Below are positions 24,787 through 38,067 of a DNA stretch of 64,000 nt, in pieces. Numbering within the stretch: position 1 is the stretch's first letter; each line of letters begins with the position of its first letter. A model generated the notes under the pieces. The model made no database searches. It was not told the origin of the DNA and worked only from the letters and a program-made list of their open reading frames with translations. This DNA comes from Lingula anatina (Eukaryota; Animalia; Brachiopoda), in NCBI GenBank assembly GCA_051362555.1, contig CM120640.1, forward strand, positions 558,001 to 622,000. Reading direction: 5' to 3'. A program made the translations under genes and the position numbers.

Positions 24787-27700
24787 AGGGAGAGCCTAGC
24801 ACCCAAGGTCATACTGTCTCGGGTCTTTCTTTCAAAATATGACATACAGGGGTAACCCAGCATGCTAGCACCCCTAATTTTAGGGAGAGGGGATATATAG
24901 ACCTGTTCAGTTATGATGACAGGTACTATAGACAGGGGGGGAGGGGGGGCTGTGGTATGTGTAAATTATGATGGGGGGGGGGGGCATAATGTGTTTTGAC
25001 AGTAGATCAAAAAGTGTGTGTGAACATGCATGTTTGAGTACTTGCGTTTGTAAGTAATCTTGTATTTCCACTACAAAGAGAAGTGATCTTTGCTGCTCCT
25101 GGAGTAAAAAAATTGAGAGTTAATCATCTTAAGGTGAGGAGTTGAGTTATCTGTTGATATAGACCAGTGTCAGGATGGGATGCGTTACTGAGAAGATGGT
25201 CCACGTTGACGTAAATTAAGATATGTGTTGATGTAAATTAAAGTTGATGTTGAGTAGACAAGATACACAGGTGATTTCACCCTCTATCACCTGTGTCAGC
25301 CAGGTAGCAGAAATGAACCAGATTCTTTAGATCTTATCTCATTAACGGCAGTACTGTACTGACCAGCAGGATATGATAGGTGGACAAGAGAATCCTGGCC
25401 TTTTTATATACTTACAGTATTCATATTGTGGTAGAGAGAAAAAAAGACTGATGATTTCCATTTCTGGGCTACAAGCTAGGAATGGTGATAAGGAGTGATG
25501 ATAAATACCTCATTTTATACGGGGAATTTTGTTAAATCAGAATTGATTGTAAAGATTTTCTCAGTTAACACCACAGTTCAGGAAAAGAGTGTTTTTTATA
25601 AATACTTCAGAGTTTACTGTTTTTGGTATAAAAATGTAATTTACATGAAGTGCATATTTAATCATTAAACCAATTGATTCAATGAACAAAGTGCATCCAA
25701 CTTTTGGTAGCCTTTTCCTTCAGAAGAATTCACAAAGAAACTTTTCAAGTAATTCCAAGACCAATCTCCTTGAGAATTAATAAAATGCTACTTCAGCATT
25801 AAAAATTGGAACTTCACCAATGGCTTAGGAATGTGGATACTTAACCTTGCAGCAGAATCCATTAACCTTGGGAGCTGGGGACCTTAGGCTACTGGAAATG
25901 TCTGCAGAAAACTTGCTGTGGGTTTTGGCATCAAAACAGAAAATAATGTCATTTTCCTCTCCTTGGGAGTAGCAGCATCAATATCCCTGATGAAAAATAA
26001 CTGGAAGGAGTAGTGCCAACATGCACATTTAGTCTAATTAACTCCTAGAACCTAATCACTGTCAATTAACTAGAATTGATTGTTTTACAGTCAGTTTTTT
26101 ATGCACTGGAAAACATTTTGTAACATGTCTAGCAGATCTGAAAAGTATTTAGGTTTTGGGCTGATTTTGGCTGTTAAGAAAATATTCCGTTCAATACCCC
26201 CAGAGCCTCTGGGTCAAGCACCCTAATAGAATTATGGAGGAATATATCACATCATATGATGCAAGTTGGGATGTTGAATAGAATTGTAAGAAACATAGCA
26301 GTACGGGTGGTGGTAACTGTGTTTACATGTGACAGAAATAATGAGTTGGGGTTTGTAAAAACAGGGTTCACTTAGAGACCATTCCCAGAGACTATCGTAC
26401 TAACTTTGGATTGATCTGTCTCCAAGGGGGCTCTCACTAAATTGCTATCAACTTTAGCATGTCCACTGAAGCTGTTAGAGGGTAATTAACTATCGTTTAG
26501 TGGCTTCAGTGGCATGCCAGACATATAAGCTGTTTAAGCTAAAAGCAATTAAGTGAGAAACCCTTTGGAGATGGGTCGATCCAGTTAGATCGATCTAGGC
26601 ATGGGAACACAGTCTTATTTAAACAGTTGAACATTGGTGGCTTAAGACAAACTTGCCAGGTAGTTGGTCTAATGTTTAAAGGCATGCTTAGACTGTTTTA
26701 AGAAATCAAATTACTGTCCCTGGCTTAGATATTGCATATTTACCTAAAGACAGAAGTTAAGGAACTATTAACACAGCCTTGTGGAGAAACTGTTTTTTAA
26801 AAATTTATTCATGGAGTAAATTTTAGTTTGGAATTTGCTGGAATGGTGGCAGATAATTACTAGTAAATTGTTGAAGTTTGAGGAGAATTTTTCTTGTATT
26901 TTTCCATGCCAATATTCTGCAAATGACCAATTTAAGAACTGAAATGTTTAGTACAGCTTCAAGACTTCTGTCTTTTCTCCTCCAGGTCCCATGAAAGAAG
27001 TCTTAAATTTAGGTTGTTATATCTAGTTACTTCAGACATGCAGTTTATTTGTGATTGAAATGGAAAAAATTGCACTGAAAGATCTCATTTTCCCCCATGT
27101 TGTAGAGGCTGCCTGCTGAGGCAGAGAACTCTGCTGTCGTTGCCGCGGGAACTCTGCTTAGTGTTTCACAAGTTGCCGTGACAAATCTGACCTCATGTTA
27201 ATTGTTAAATGTAAAAAAACAGTTGGAACTATTTGGAAATTTGATAATTTTGTTTAATTGTAGAATTGAGTAAAACAGACTTTCTTTTAAAGAAAATGTA
27301 GACAAATTCCTGAAACACAAGCTAAACAAAGAAAAAGTTGACAGGCTGGGTGGAATAATTACAAAAGTTTAGTTTTAAACAAATGAAATGTGATGTTTTT
27401 CTTTACATTAAGGGCATTTGTTCCAATACTACAAATTATTTTGGTGATGCCCTGTAGATTTGACAACAAACCATTCCAAAATGCATTTCCTAAAATTGTT
27501 TATTACAAGCTCTGAGTATCAAAGATGCAAAATCACAAGTGACAAGACAATTTGATTAAACCTTAATTTTTCTTTAAATAGTGTATTTTTTTCTCATTTT
27601 TGATGTTTTAATTTTTTGCAGAGATACAGTACTGGGAGAAGCAAGATAGAGAAAGTTCTCACCAAGCTTCCCTTATTGAAGATGAAATCAAAAGACTTGA

Positions 27701-30012
27701 ATATGCAAAAGAGCAATATGAACTAGAAATGAAAGACACTGATTCAGTGAAACTGGAAGAGGAACTCCAGCTGTTACAACAAAATGACAAAACATTGCAA
27801 TCTGAAATTACGTTATTTAAGTCCAAAACGTCAAACAGTGAAACAGATCTATTACAGTCTAAGAACAAAATACGGCTTTTGTTGGATGACATAGACGAAG
27901 AAAAACTTGCACTGAACAAAAGACAACAGGAAGAAAAGGAAGAAGAACTCAAGATTTTATCCGAGGTTTCAAAATTACAGAAAGAATTGAAAGATCTGCT
28001 TACGGAATCTGAACAAGAGCGCAGTAAGGTTGAAGAAGTTGAGAAAGAGGTCAAGGAGGTGGAGGAGTCATTAATAACAAAAAAGAAGGAAATTACTAAC
28101 CTTGAACAAGGCATCAAAACTGTCAATTTAGAGCTGTTCATGAAGACCCCTACTGAGCTGCATACAGTGGAAATTGCTGACGGTTGGTATTATTTGTATT
28201 TTTTTTTCTTATGGGAGGGAATGGTTTTCTTGAAAATGAACTTGTTGTGGGAGTTAGGACAAAAAAGTTATGAGGATAATCTGTATAAGACATGTTGGAA
28301 TTCGTTTCCATGTAACATATTACACTCAGACTGAACTTGAAATAGTTGCATATTGTCACATCTCTGAGTCAGAAACATCAAATTATCCTATGAAGAACTT
28401 TTCAAAGAAATGCCCATTGGAAAATGTCCACCCACCCAATAGGATCTGTTCATACTTCAATATCTGATCCACATGAATTCCACACACAGATAATTAGGCT
28501 ATTTGTGAAAAGCTTTCTGAAAATTATTTATTGTATGAATTTGTTTACTCTTGCTAGCTTGAATGTTGCATGTTAAATTTAAACTTAAGTAATGGTAGTC
28601 ATAGTTATAGTAGAAAATAGTTCTCAAACTTGACGGATTAGTATTATTTATGAGGAAGAAGTCAAGCCTAGCTGTTTATAATTCTAGTGCATGGGGAAGT
28701 GTATTGAGTTGCAAGAGTATGTATTGAAGTTAGTATGTATGTATTCACCCTGTATCTACCTTATTGTTCAGGCTGAAGTCTGTCCCCCCTTTACCCTGTA
28801 TTGTAAGCAGTTTTGTCTTCTTACAGTCAGCCTTAGATGTGAAATAACATCTGCATTGCGTTTGTCACAACTAACACAATCTAAGTGGGTGCAACCACCA
28901 CACTCCTCGTAGCAGTTTAACCTAACTAAGGCACTCTGTTTAAAACAAAGAAATTGTGTCCAGAAATTAAACTGTCAGTTTATTCTACAAGTTGGCTGAG
29001 ATGATAATCCATTTTCTTTTCTTTAATTTGATGTGATTTTGTGTGATTTGATTTTTATTTCAGACATTTTAAACAAACTAAATAATGCATGTTCAGAAAA
29101 ATTCTCTCAAACGTCTTTTTCTCTCTTTTTTCTTCACCAGAGTTTTAGTGGATACTGTAGTTTCACTAGAAGAGTAAGCAACTTGAATGTTGATTTTTTG
29201 TTGTGGTTTTTTGAACTTTGTTTTTTGCTTGTGTTTGTTTAATTAGGTAGATTGCAAAGAAAAAGGAATATCATATACACCGTGTCTTTTCTTTGTTTAA
29301 CTCGGCACACTTCAGTAACATTTTCACTCATTTATGTGGCACCAGTACACTAATGACCATATACATGTAGCTGCTGCCAGTGGAAGGGCATTTAGCATAA
29401 TTTTGTCATGTGATATGGAATGTTATCAATGCCTGAGTTTATTTATGTTGTATTTCATTCATTAAATTAATTTAAAACCCATATTTATTAATACAGCAGG
29501 AATGTGTTTTTGCTATTTATTCGTATGATATCATAAAATATACTCTTAATAGAATAGTATGAATGATTAAATAGTCATTTATATATTATGTGTACAATTT
29601 TGCATATTTTGATATAATTGCCAAATAATTCATCGAGTGAATACTTTTTGATCTGCTTCTGAAGCTTTAAGAATTGCTAGAGCATGCCTTTTGACTGGCT
29701 GATTCAACAGTTGCATTTAAATGAAAGGCAAATAGTTTCTCTTAGTAAAACAGAGGAATGTCAAACTTTGCTATTGTCTATTAGGTTATGTTTCAACTGT
29801 TTTGCCTGTTGCATTTGAACTGGCGAGTGACACTTCTTTAAACATAAGAAACATCCATAATTTGACTGTTCTATGCATTCATTTTAGGTTTCTCCTCAAC
29901 GCGGCCCATGTCTCCCATCCCCCCAGGTAGCACAAGAAAAATGACCAGTCTACCCCAAAAGCTGGCAGAGACCGCGCCCACTGCCAGAAACCCTCAAGGT
30001 CTGTGGGTGTGA
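19997..30012 (+). CDS. RASSF8: N-terminal Ras-association domain protein, RASSF7/RASSF8 family (~589 aa)
   Basis: Exons 19997-21080, 27622-28182 and 29888-30012, with phase-1 GT-AG introns. It has the N-terminal RA domain [54 protein letters not shown], a coiled-coil second exon, and the C-terminus PGSTRKM...RNPQGLWV* resembling the vertebrate RASSF8 ending NPEGIYV. It is probably a pro-orthologue of RASSF7 and RASSF8. Confidence 0.93.
21730..21912. mobile_element. MITE-like insertion in a RASSF intron
   Basis: 10 bp terminal inverted repeat AGGTCCCAAC / GTTGGGACCT around a CpG-rich interior that contrasts with the flanks. Confidence 0.5.
26373..26615. mobile_element. Palindromic (fold-back) MITE family copy
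   Basis: Long imperfect inverted arms (TCTCCAAGGGGGCTCTCACTAAATTGC / GCAATTAAGTGAGAAACCCTTTGGAGA; CCACTGAAGC / GCTTCAGTGG), similar along its length to 48412-48668. Confidence 0.8.
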
Positions 30013-32591
30013 CCCTGCGTCCTCTGGGTGTGTGGGTGTGTGGGTGTGATGGTGATCCCTACCAGGAACCCTCAGGATTTGTGGGTGTGATGCTAGTTAT
30101 CTTCAGTCGTGAATCTTCTTGAGATCTTGGACACCACATCAGAACTCATCCTCATCATCATCTTCTAAGAATGGTATTTTTCATTAGCAAAGAACTAACT
30201 TTATATTACAGTATACCGCAATATGTATTTATATCTATATCCTGTTGGCAGAGTCTGCCCCCAGGATAATAGTACCATTGGGTTTAGAAACTTCTCAATT
30301 AAACTTAGAAATGCCACACGTGTCATATCTTTTGCTTTGGGCGCTTCTATTTTTAATCTGAGAATTTGTGCTGGTCCAGTGCCTTAAAAGTCTATGCAAA
30401 GAATGAATGAATTGTGATATTGTGATGTAAATGGAGGCAAGCAAATGTTTGGATTGAGGTGAATTTTGACTGCTTGCAATTTTGTTAAAAAATGATAGTT
30501 TACCAATTTAACTTTTAATATATTAAGACTTGTTTTTTGACTGTGCTGATCAGCCGTTGACTGAACATTTGTATGATAAAATTACTTTTTTATTAAAGAT
30601 TTGCCTTTATCTGTATATCATTAATACAAAAAATATATATAAACTATATCATTTTTTAAAAAATTGTAATGATGAAGGTGATTGACATTTCATTGATGTA
30701 GACGTGCAGTTCTCCCGCCGCAGAATTCAAGACCTACATTTCCAATTCTTAGATGCATCCAGAAAGGACATTGATCATTGTAATGAAGCATTATTTTGCT
30801 ATTACTTTACAAAATCATAGAAAACATTATTGCCATAAGTCTTGTAGACATTGCCATGTAACATTTAAGAAAAATAGAGGTGTTATTTCTATATCGCATG
30901 AACTTTAATAAGCAATATCATTTCATGGTTTGAACAGCTTTTGTTTTTCAATTTTCATTAGACAAAATTTATTATGAAAGAACAATTTTATAAGATTTAA
31001 TGTCAAACTAAAAAGCTAAATGCATGACTCAAAATGGTGATAAAGCAAATATTAAGACTGAATTGATATCAAAATATTTCTTTGTAAACATTTTATCATA
31101 TTTTTTATAAAAACAATTTTTCTGACAGTGGACATACTTTGCTTCTTTATCTAGAATCTGTGGTTTATAAAATTTCTGAAGCGTTCCATTTGCTTTTTGT
31201 GCAATCTTGCCATACGCAGGTGATGATCTTTGACTGCAGTTTTGGATATAGTAATTTTACATACAGGTTTTCATTGCAAATGGCTGAAAAACTCGGTTTC
31301 TGGACATTTACTTTTCCTTTGTCATAAGAAAGCTATTACCAATAATCGGGTGCTCTGATTATGTCAGTTACTAAGCTCATGTACAATACTCTTCTGGGTG
31401 AGTATTCACTTTATTACCACAGAAGGATAAATATCCAAGGGATAAAAATCCAGGTTTATGCAACAGAGAACAAATGGATGAATGTTTTGAGAACACATGA
31501 ATATTAAGTTTCTTGTATGTCTTTTGTATCTTTAATAGGAGTGAAAAATTGGCTGAGTTATAAGAAATACAATTTTTTCAGTGGAAGTGCAGGTAGTAGA
31601 AACGATCCCAGAAATCTTGCAACTTGGAAATGATTTTTCTGGTGTTCATTGAGGCATCAGTTTTGAAAAAAAATAAATAAATAAAATAAAACTATCTAGC
31701 ACATAGCTTTGGCTACCTGTGGTTTTCCTGATATATATGCTGAATTAGTTATAGTATAAATGGTCAGAATATTTATATAGCTTGAGATTTTATAGTTCTC
31801 ACAAGAACTTTATTTCATGCTTTATTATGTATTCATAAATGCTAGACGGTATTAATTCAATTTTCCCTCATTGTAAATAGAAGAATGAAAAATATAAGAT
31901 CAGAACTTATTTAGTTATTTCTTTTTATTAACTTCTATGAGTGTAATAAATTTTGCATATTTTTACTATCTATGCAACAGTATTAATACTTCTATGAATA
32001 CAGATATTGTTTAAAAAAAGGATTTGTACTTACTCTGTCTGATTTCATTTCAACTTATTGCAAAAAGTTTAAAGAAAACCTTCCTGAGTGAAACCTAAAA
32101 GTCCACACTCTTACGTCCCATAGCCCATCATTTGTGAACTGTGGCTTAAGGCGTGGCAGGGAAAGGGTTATCCAGCAGAAATGGCTGAAAGAACAAAGCG
32201 AGATCTCCTAGTTCTTCTTCTTTCATCCTGTTACAGTAACGTACATTTACACCAGTTCATTTTTCTGAAATGGTATGAAGACATCTTTTGTTAATTTCTC
32301 GGCTTGATTCATTGGTGGAACAGATGTATTTTTTACAGTATGTTGCTTATTCCCAAAGAAGCTTTCTTGGAAATCAATATCTATTAGTCTGTTTTTTTTG
32401 TCCTGCCCTATGGCTCATAGCCGCTAGTGGTTCCTTACAGTGTTTTAGCTATTGTTATCCACAGCATGTAAAAGTCCTGTTTCCACACGTCCCTGGAGGA
32501 CTGAATTGTCCAGTGTTATGGCGGGTAATGTGTTGGCAGATAAATGCCACGACTGTATTTAGAGCCCACAGCAGAATTCTGCTCACTGCAG

Positions 32592-32682
32592 ACGTGGAAA
32601 CCTCTATTGTCACTGTCACACGCACAAGATATTACGTTGTATCTCTGTGCAGAATAACAGTGACAATCGTGGCTACCATCTC
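32592..32682 (-). ncRNA. mir-210: miR-210 family precursor, copy A; predicted mature 3p CUUGUGCGUGUGACAGUGACAA (32628-32607)
   Basis: The minus strand reads AUUGUCACUGUUAUUCUGCACAGAGAUACAACGUAAUAUCUUGUGCGUGUGACAGUGACAAU, a ~62 nt hairpin with an additional basal stem (UGGUAGCC/GGUUUCCA). Its 3p arm carries UUGUGCGUGUGACAG, the same 5' region as fly miR-210 and sharing UGUGCGUGUGACAG with human miR-210. Confidence 0.92.
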
Positions 32683-34877
32683 GCTGCCACCTCCGGGAGT
32701 CCGGAACTTTGGTAAATATGGTTGCCTCTCTCTCTCTGAGCCTTGCGCACGCTCACTGTTCACTAGCCTGTACCTACGCCAGTCGCGGCTGCAGCTGGGG
32801 CATTATTTGTAATAATAAAGTTCTCACTGGTACGAGCCATAAATTATACCAAACTGCCTTCTCATGCTAATAGGAGAACATTAACACGTTTGCAGCATAT
32901 AGATCATCCAAGGTGAATGAGAATTTCAGAAGACTACTGCTGTCGTTATACTTACTTGACCTCTGCTACAGATTTGTCTGCTGATCTGCAAATTGTTCTA
33001 TGTCCAGACAAACACATGAATGGTTTGATTTCACATTTCCTAACTAGGCATTGACAGATATCTTTTTTCACAGAGATTTTTTTGCCTTCTTTTGGAAGAG
33101 TGAAGGTCTTCTGAGCCAAATTTTGCCTTTTTTGTACATTTTATTTCTTCAGTGTAAAGCTGGAAATACTTGGTTAACACATTTTTATTGTAATTAATTC
33201 TTTTTTGTGGTTTTTCAAGTTACTTTTTTTATGCTTTCAAGTTTATCTACAGCAGTTCTATTAAGTGAATTCAGTTCAACTATGTAATCCTCTTAGTTTG
33301 TTGCATAGATTTCACTAAACATCATTTCACACACACACAAAAAAAGGAAATGCAAAGTAAGATTTTTTCACGAAATATTGTAACTTCTTCATATTTCAAA
33401 ATTGTGCAAATAAACATCAGGTTTGATGTCCAGTAGAATAAGATATGGACAAACAGATTAATTTGTAATATTTAGGAGCAATCAGGAATCGTTGGTATTG
33501 TCAAAGTCCTGTAAGCCTCACAAGGGGGGTAACTGAGTGCTAAAATGAACCACAAATGGTAAAAGAAGGGCTGTCAAAAAACCAAGTCGGGTCATGGATT
33601 GACAAATTCCAAAAGCATTTTTATCCCAAGTTGTCGTGGTTGCAGTGGAAGGTGAATGTATTTGTATCACAACGGACTGATGGAGAACTGAGCTTACATA
33701 CAGCTCAAAGAGAGACATAAATTGTAGCGGAAAGCTGGAGAAGTGATTCTGTAGCAGCATATGGTGGGCAGGTGATGCCAACATATTTCAGTATTGTTCC
33801 CTTGCATACATTATGTAAATAATATACCTTTTCCAGCTTAGTAATGATTTAGTTGGGAGATAACAAGAACACTATCATCTTTTTGCAGCTGGAAATTTTG
33901 CTAACATGTTCGAACAGTTTTAAAGTACTGTTTTGCTGCGTACATAATATAGTGAGAATTATTAATTATATTTGATAAAAGCTTTCAAATCTTGGGCATG
34001 TCTTTTAATTTTAAAATTTTGCATTTTTGACAGAATGAAGAAAATGAAAATGTTTTTGATTTTCCTTTGTCTTAAAGACTGACAATTATTCCTCTGTAAA
34101 ATGCAAAACAAAACAAAAAAATAAAATAAATAAACTTAGACATTAAGGTTATGTATTGTTGCATGTTTACATTTACATCAGAAATAAACCTTACAATTGT
34201 TTTGGATAATCAGTGCTGTTTGAACCCTCTATCATTATAACCTGGAATATTCTTGAAAAATATTTTCTTGATGCTAAAAGCATTTCAAAAAGAAATTATT
34301 ACCCCTGCCAAAGAAGTTGTTTTTGCATTTGTTGGTTTGTTAGTTTACAATCTTACTCAATAATTATGGTAAGATTGAGATAAAAAATATCAGGATGGGA
34401 CAGGAATGGACTAACTTAGAACCACATAATTTTTGGTGGTGTTCCGTTACTTGGTTACAACATAGAAGTAGAGAAAACTTCTATGGTTACAATGAAACTG
34501 CATTGGTAGAGAAGGCAACACTGACTGATTTTCTTATTCGTTCTTTAAGTTCTACAAGTTCCAGATTTATTTATTTTGCCCTTATTTTGTAAAATGTGTA
34601 CTTTTTGTGATAATTATGTTACACAAAAAGGTATATAAAATAGAGACAAGGCTGAATGAAACCCAATTGACCAAGAGAACTGCCAGTTTTAAGGTGAGTT
34701 AAGCCATGAAGAAATGGACATATTGACCTTGCAAGTGGCAAACAAGGTCAGATCTTTCGGAAAACTTTTTAAAAGTTGTTAAAATATAATCGGAGGTGAA
34801 GAGAAATATTTGGATACATAAATAACAGACAATGTACTACAAAATATACATTCAGGGATGTGCCAATGGCCAGCTCC

Positions 34878-34908
<31 letters not shown>

Positions 34909-35529
34909 ACACACACATTGGCCACACCCCTCTTTTTCAATTAGCCATCACGTTTTTGTTGACCCCAAAAATAAAAAAGAGCACTGGCTGACTCACAGCT
35001 GTTAGGTCCATTCTAGAAGGCCATTGGCCTTCCATACTTTGGAGTATTTGATTGTTGTAGACGAATTAACCGATTGGTTGCCATGACTACCAATGGCTGT
35101 GGTTGATGAAAACTACTTGATCAGCAGTAAATCTTGTCTTGGCAAGCCCTTGGATGACTTCTTGTGCTGATGGGCAAATGATATGTGTTTCTTTTTAATC
35201 TCCATGTCTCTTAAACCCTCTGAAAAATTTCATATGATAATCCCAGACTTCCTATAGTTGTACTTCTCTCAGATGCTTAGTGTAATGGCTGGAAACTCGG
35301 TGAACTCTGACGGTCATGTTCAGAACATTAAACTTGTGCTCACAGATTAGATAATGAATAGTAACTTGCTCATGGCAAGATTTACCTGGGCATTCAAGGA
35401 GTAATTGATTTTCGTCTACAGTACTTGAGCAATCATCATCAGTAAGATTGTTCATGGTTCCAAAGAATTGTATTAACTGATATTTTAGTGATATTGTAAT
35501 CACTTACTTCATTAATTAAATACATAATT

Positions 35530-35755
35530 TTTTTTTGTGAAGCAGGTAAGCTGTGCTCGTCACAAGAACATCATCAGGCTGAATGCTCACAGGTCATTGG
35601 GTGTTAGAAAACCTGTGAACAATTCTCACCAATTTGCCAATTACTACCCCCAGTGAGAATAGTTCACAGGTCTACCAACAGCCAACGACCCGTGGGCATT
35701 TAGCCTGATGATGCTCTTATGACAAGAGCGAAAGTTGGCTGTTCCACTAAAATTT
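35530..35755. mobile_element. Fold-back/MITE-like inverted repeat element
   Basis: Arms GCTCGTCACAAGAACATCATCAGGCTGAATGCTCAC / GTGGGCATTTAGCCTGATGATGCTCTTATGACAAGAGC and ACCTGTGAACAATTCTCAC / GTGAGAATAGTTCACAGGT. Confidence 0.7.
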
Positions 35756-37705
35756 TGTTCAAAAGTACGTGATCACTGTCACTAAAATATCAGTAAGTTG
35801 AGCAATGATTGTTAATGACATTTGTCTTTACAAGGTTTCTTATCAACAGTGATCTTTATATGCATATAAAGTAAGTCTTCTGTGTTGTTAAATGATAAAT
35901 GAAAAAGATGGATCATTTCCTTCATCATTTTAAGTACAGAGTATGTCATATCTTTATTTTTGACCGAATGACAAAATTTACATATTTTACTAATGTAAAG
36001 ACTGTAACCATTTTTCAAGTACACTATCTTCATAATAAAACGAAAGTGAGTTCACAAACTTTTATTAATTTTTAAATGGATAAATTGTATCTACTAGACC
36101 TTTTTGTAGCTAGAAATAAATAAATGACTTAAAATCAAGCAAAAAAATTCTGGAAATTTCAAAAATTTTCCCTTCATTACCAGGTTATACTTTTCAAAAT
36201 TGTTGAAAAAATTGATCCTTAAACATATTTCTGAGTTCTAAATTTCTACAGTTATAATGAGAAGTTGAATTCTGTTGCTCTCTATCTTCATTATGAGAAT
36301 GACTGAAAATTTAGAAACTTTGAAAATGAAAAATAAAAAAATTGTCAATAGTTTTGGATAAAGAGTAACTTGGTAATACAAGAAAGTGTTAAAATTTCTT
36401 GGAAATTTATTTAAATTTGCTAATATAAAAACTTTACCGGTCTCAGGTGGTTTTAAATATTTTGAAATATCTTTATTATCCTCTGTGATTAAAATAATAA
36501 TAATAATAATAATTTTTATGTGAAAGCAAAATGCATAAATAAAAAAGAATAGTGGTAAAATAAAAAATAAAAATTTTAAAAATGAAGATAAACACCGACA
36601 TTAAGGTGCCTGGTTCTTGGAAGATTCAAGAAGAGACACATTTAAAAGATCAATGGTTAAATTATATTTATTTCGATTCAGTTACAAGTATTGCAACATC
36701 TTTTAAAATTTTTACTGTAAATGTTACATATGTATTTAATATGTGAAGGAAGCTAAACAAATTTACATATAGTATGTGTAACACTTTTTATGCAAAATTA
36801 GTCTTGTCTTACATGCTTTAACTGTTGCAATTGAACTGTAACTAAACATTATAGATTGTGACAAAAAACATTTAAACAAATTAGTTGTTTGTTAATAGCT
36901 CAAATTAACCTTGGCCTTTCAACCACTACCCGACCACAAAGATTGCATCACTTATATTTAACATTATGCAATACCTTAGAACCCATGAAGAATTCCAATG
37001 AACAACAGTGCATAATAAATTTAATTGAAGTTTACTGATTTTGTTAAAAAAACTAATTTTTTCTAATTTAAACTTTTAACAGTTAAAAAATCTATATATC
37101 ATATAAAGCAGTAAAATAGAATAAAACATTGAGAACAAGCTCCAACAATATTTTTCATTACTATCCAGACAAATCTATTCCTCTGCATTTCAAATTGTCG
37201 AACCCATCCTTAAAAGAACTTTTACATGACCCAATGCATGTAGACAGCACTAGTCCTTTTCCTCCATTTCCTTGTGGCAGACATACTTGTGGTCAACCAA
37301 TGAATATACACATATGAAACCAAATAGAAGGTGGTATTTCACCATTCTTTTTAAGTGACCATGTCTCCGACTTATGCTCATTTGGGAAATCAAAAACAAA
37401 GGCTTAATTCATACCACTCTTGGTTAACAGAGACACAAATGTGATGCCAGACAATGGCCAATCAAGCGATCTAAAAAGGCATGTGACTGATGTCAAAACT
37501 TTGCATTTGCCTCATACAATATGTCACATATTTCAGTTGTCAGGAAGTGATACATCTGAAAACTATCTAATGAAAAAACATGAATACATTTGTCTACTTT
37601 GGGGGACTTTTACAAGAATAATTAAGGTCACAGTTTACTAATAAATTGAGACTAGCCAGGATTATTTGGTAAATAACGTTTTATGAATAATTTTCTATTG
37701 TTTAC

Positions 37706-38067
37706 CAGACATGCTGAAACTGTAGATCCGATCGGTCATGACCAGGAAAATTTGTCTGGACCAGTAAAAAATGGAACTTGGTCGGTCCAAAGGACCGACA
37801 AGGGTTTTAAGAACTGCAATTTTGAATTTACAGTCATCATTCGACATACTTCACTAATAAAATTATATAAAACCCAAAGCGTTTTTTCCCTTCCATTTCA
37901 AACCTATCACATTCACAAACAAAGTAAGCTACCTTATAATACTGGTAGTATCTGTCTCAAACGAATAGGGTGATTTTCGGTCTGACAAAAATCCATTCAG
38001 TCCGGCAAATTTTTCATGACTGCCAGTCCAAATGTCTGGCCATTCTGAAAAGTTTTCAGCATGTCTG
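37706..38067. mobile_element. MITE (non-autonomous DNA transposon)
   Basis: Terminal inverted repeats CAGACATGCTGAAA / TTTCAGCATGTCTG, flanked on both sides by GTTTAC (apparent target-site duplication). Confidence 0.8.

Noticed and set aside
27659-28141. 160 aa minus-strand ORF
   Set aside because: Antisense shadow of the RASSF coiled-coil exon.
30010-31500. Selenocysteine recoding of the RASSF UGA
   Set aside because: I could not identify a convincing SECIS structure by eye, and the homologous family ends at this position.
32288-32812. 174 aa plus-strand ORF spanning miR-210 copy A
   Set aside because: Non-ATG start, no recognisable domain and UTR-like composition.
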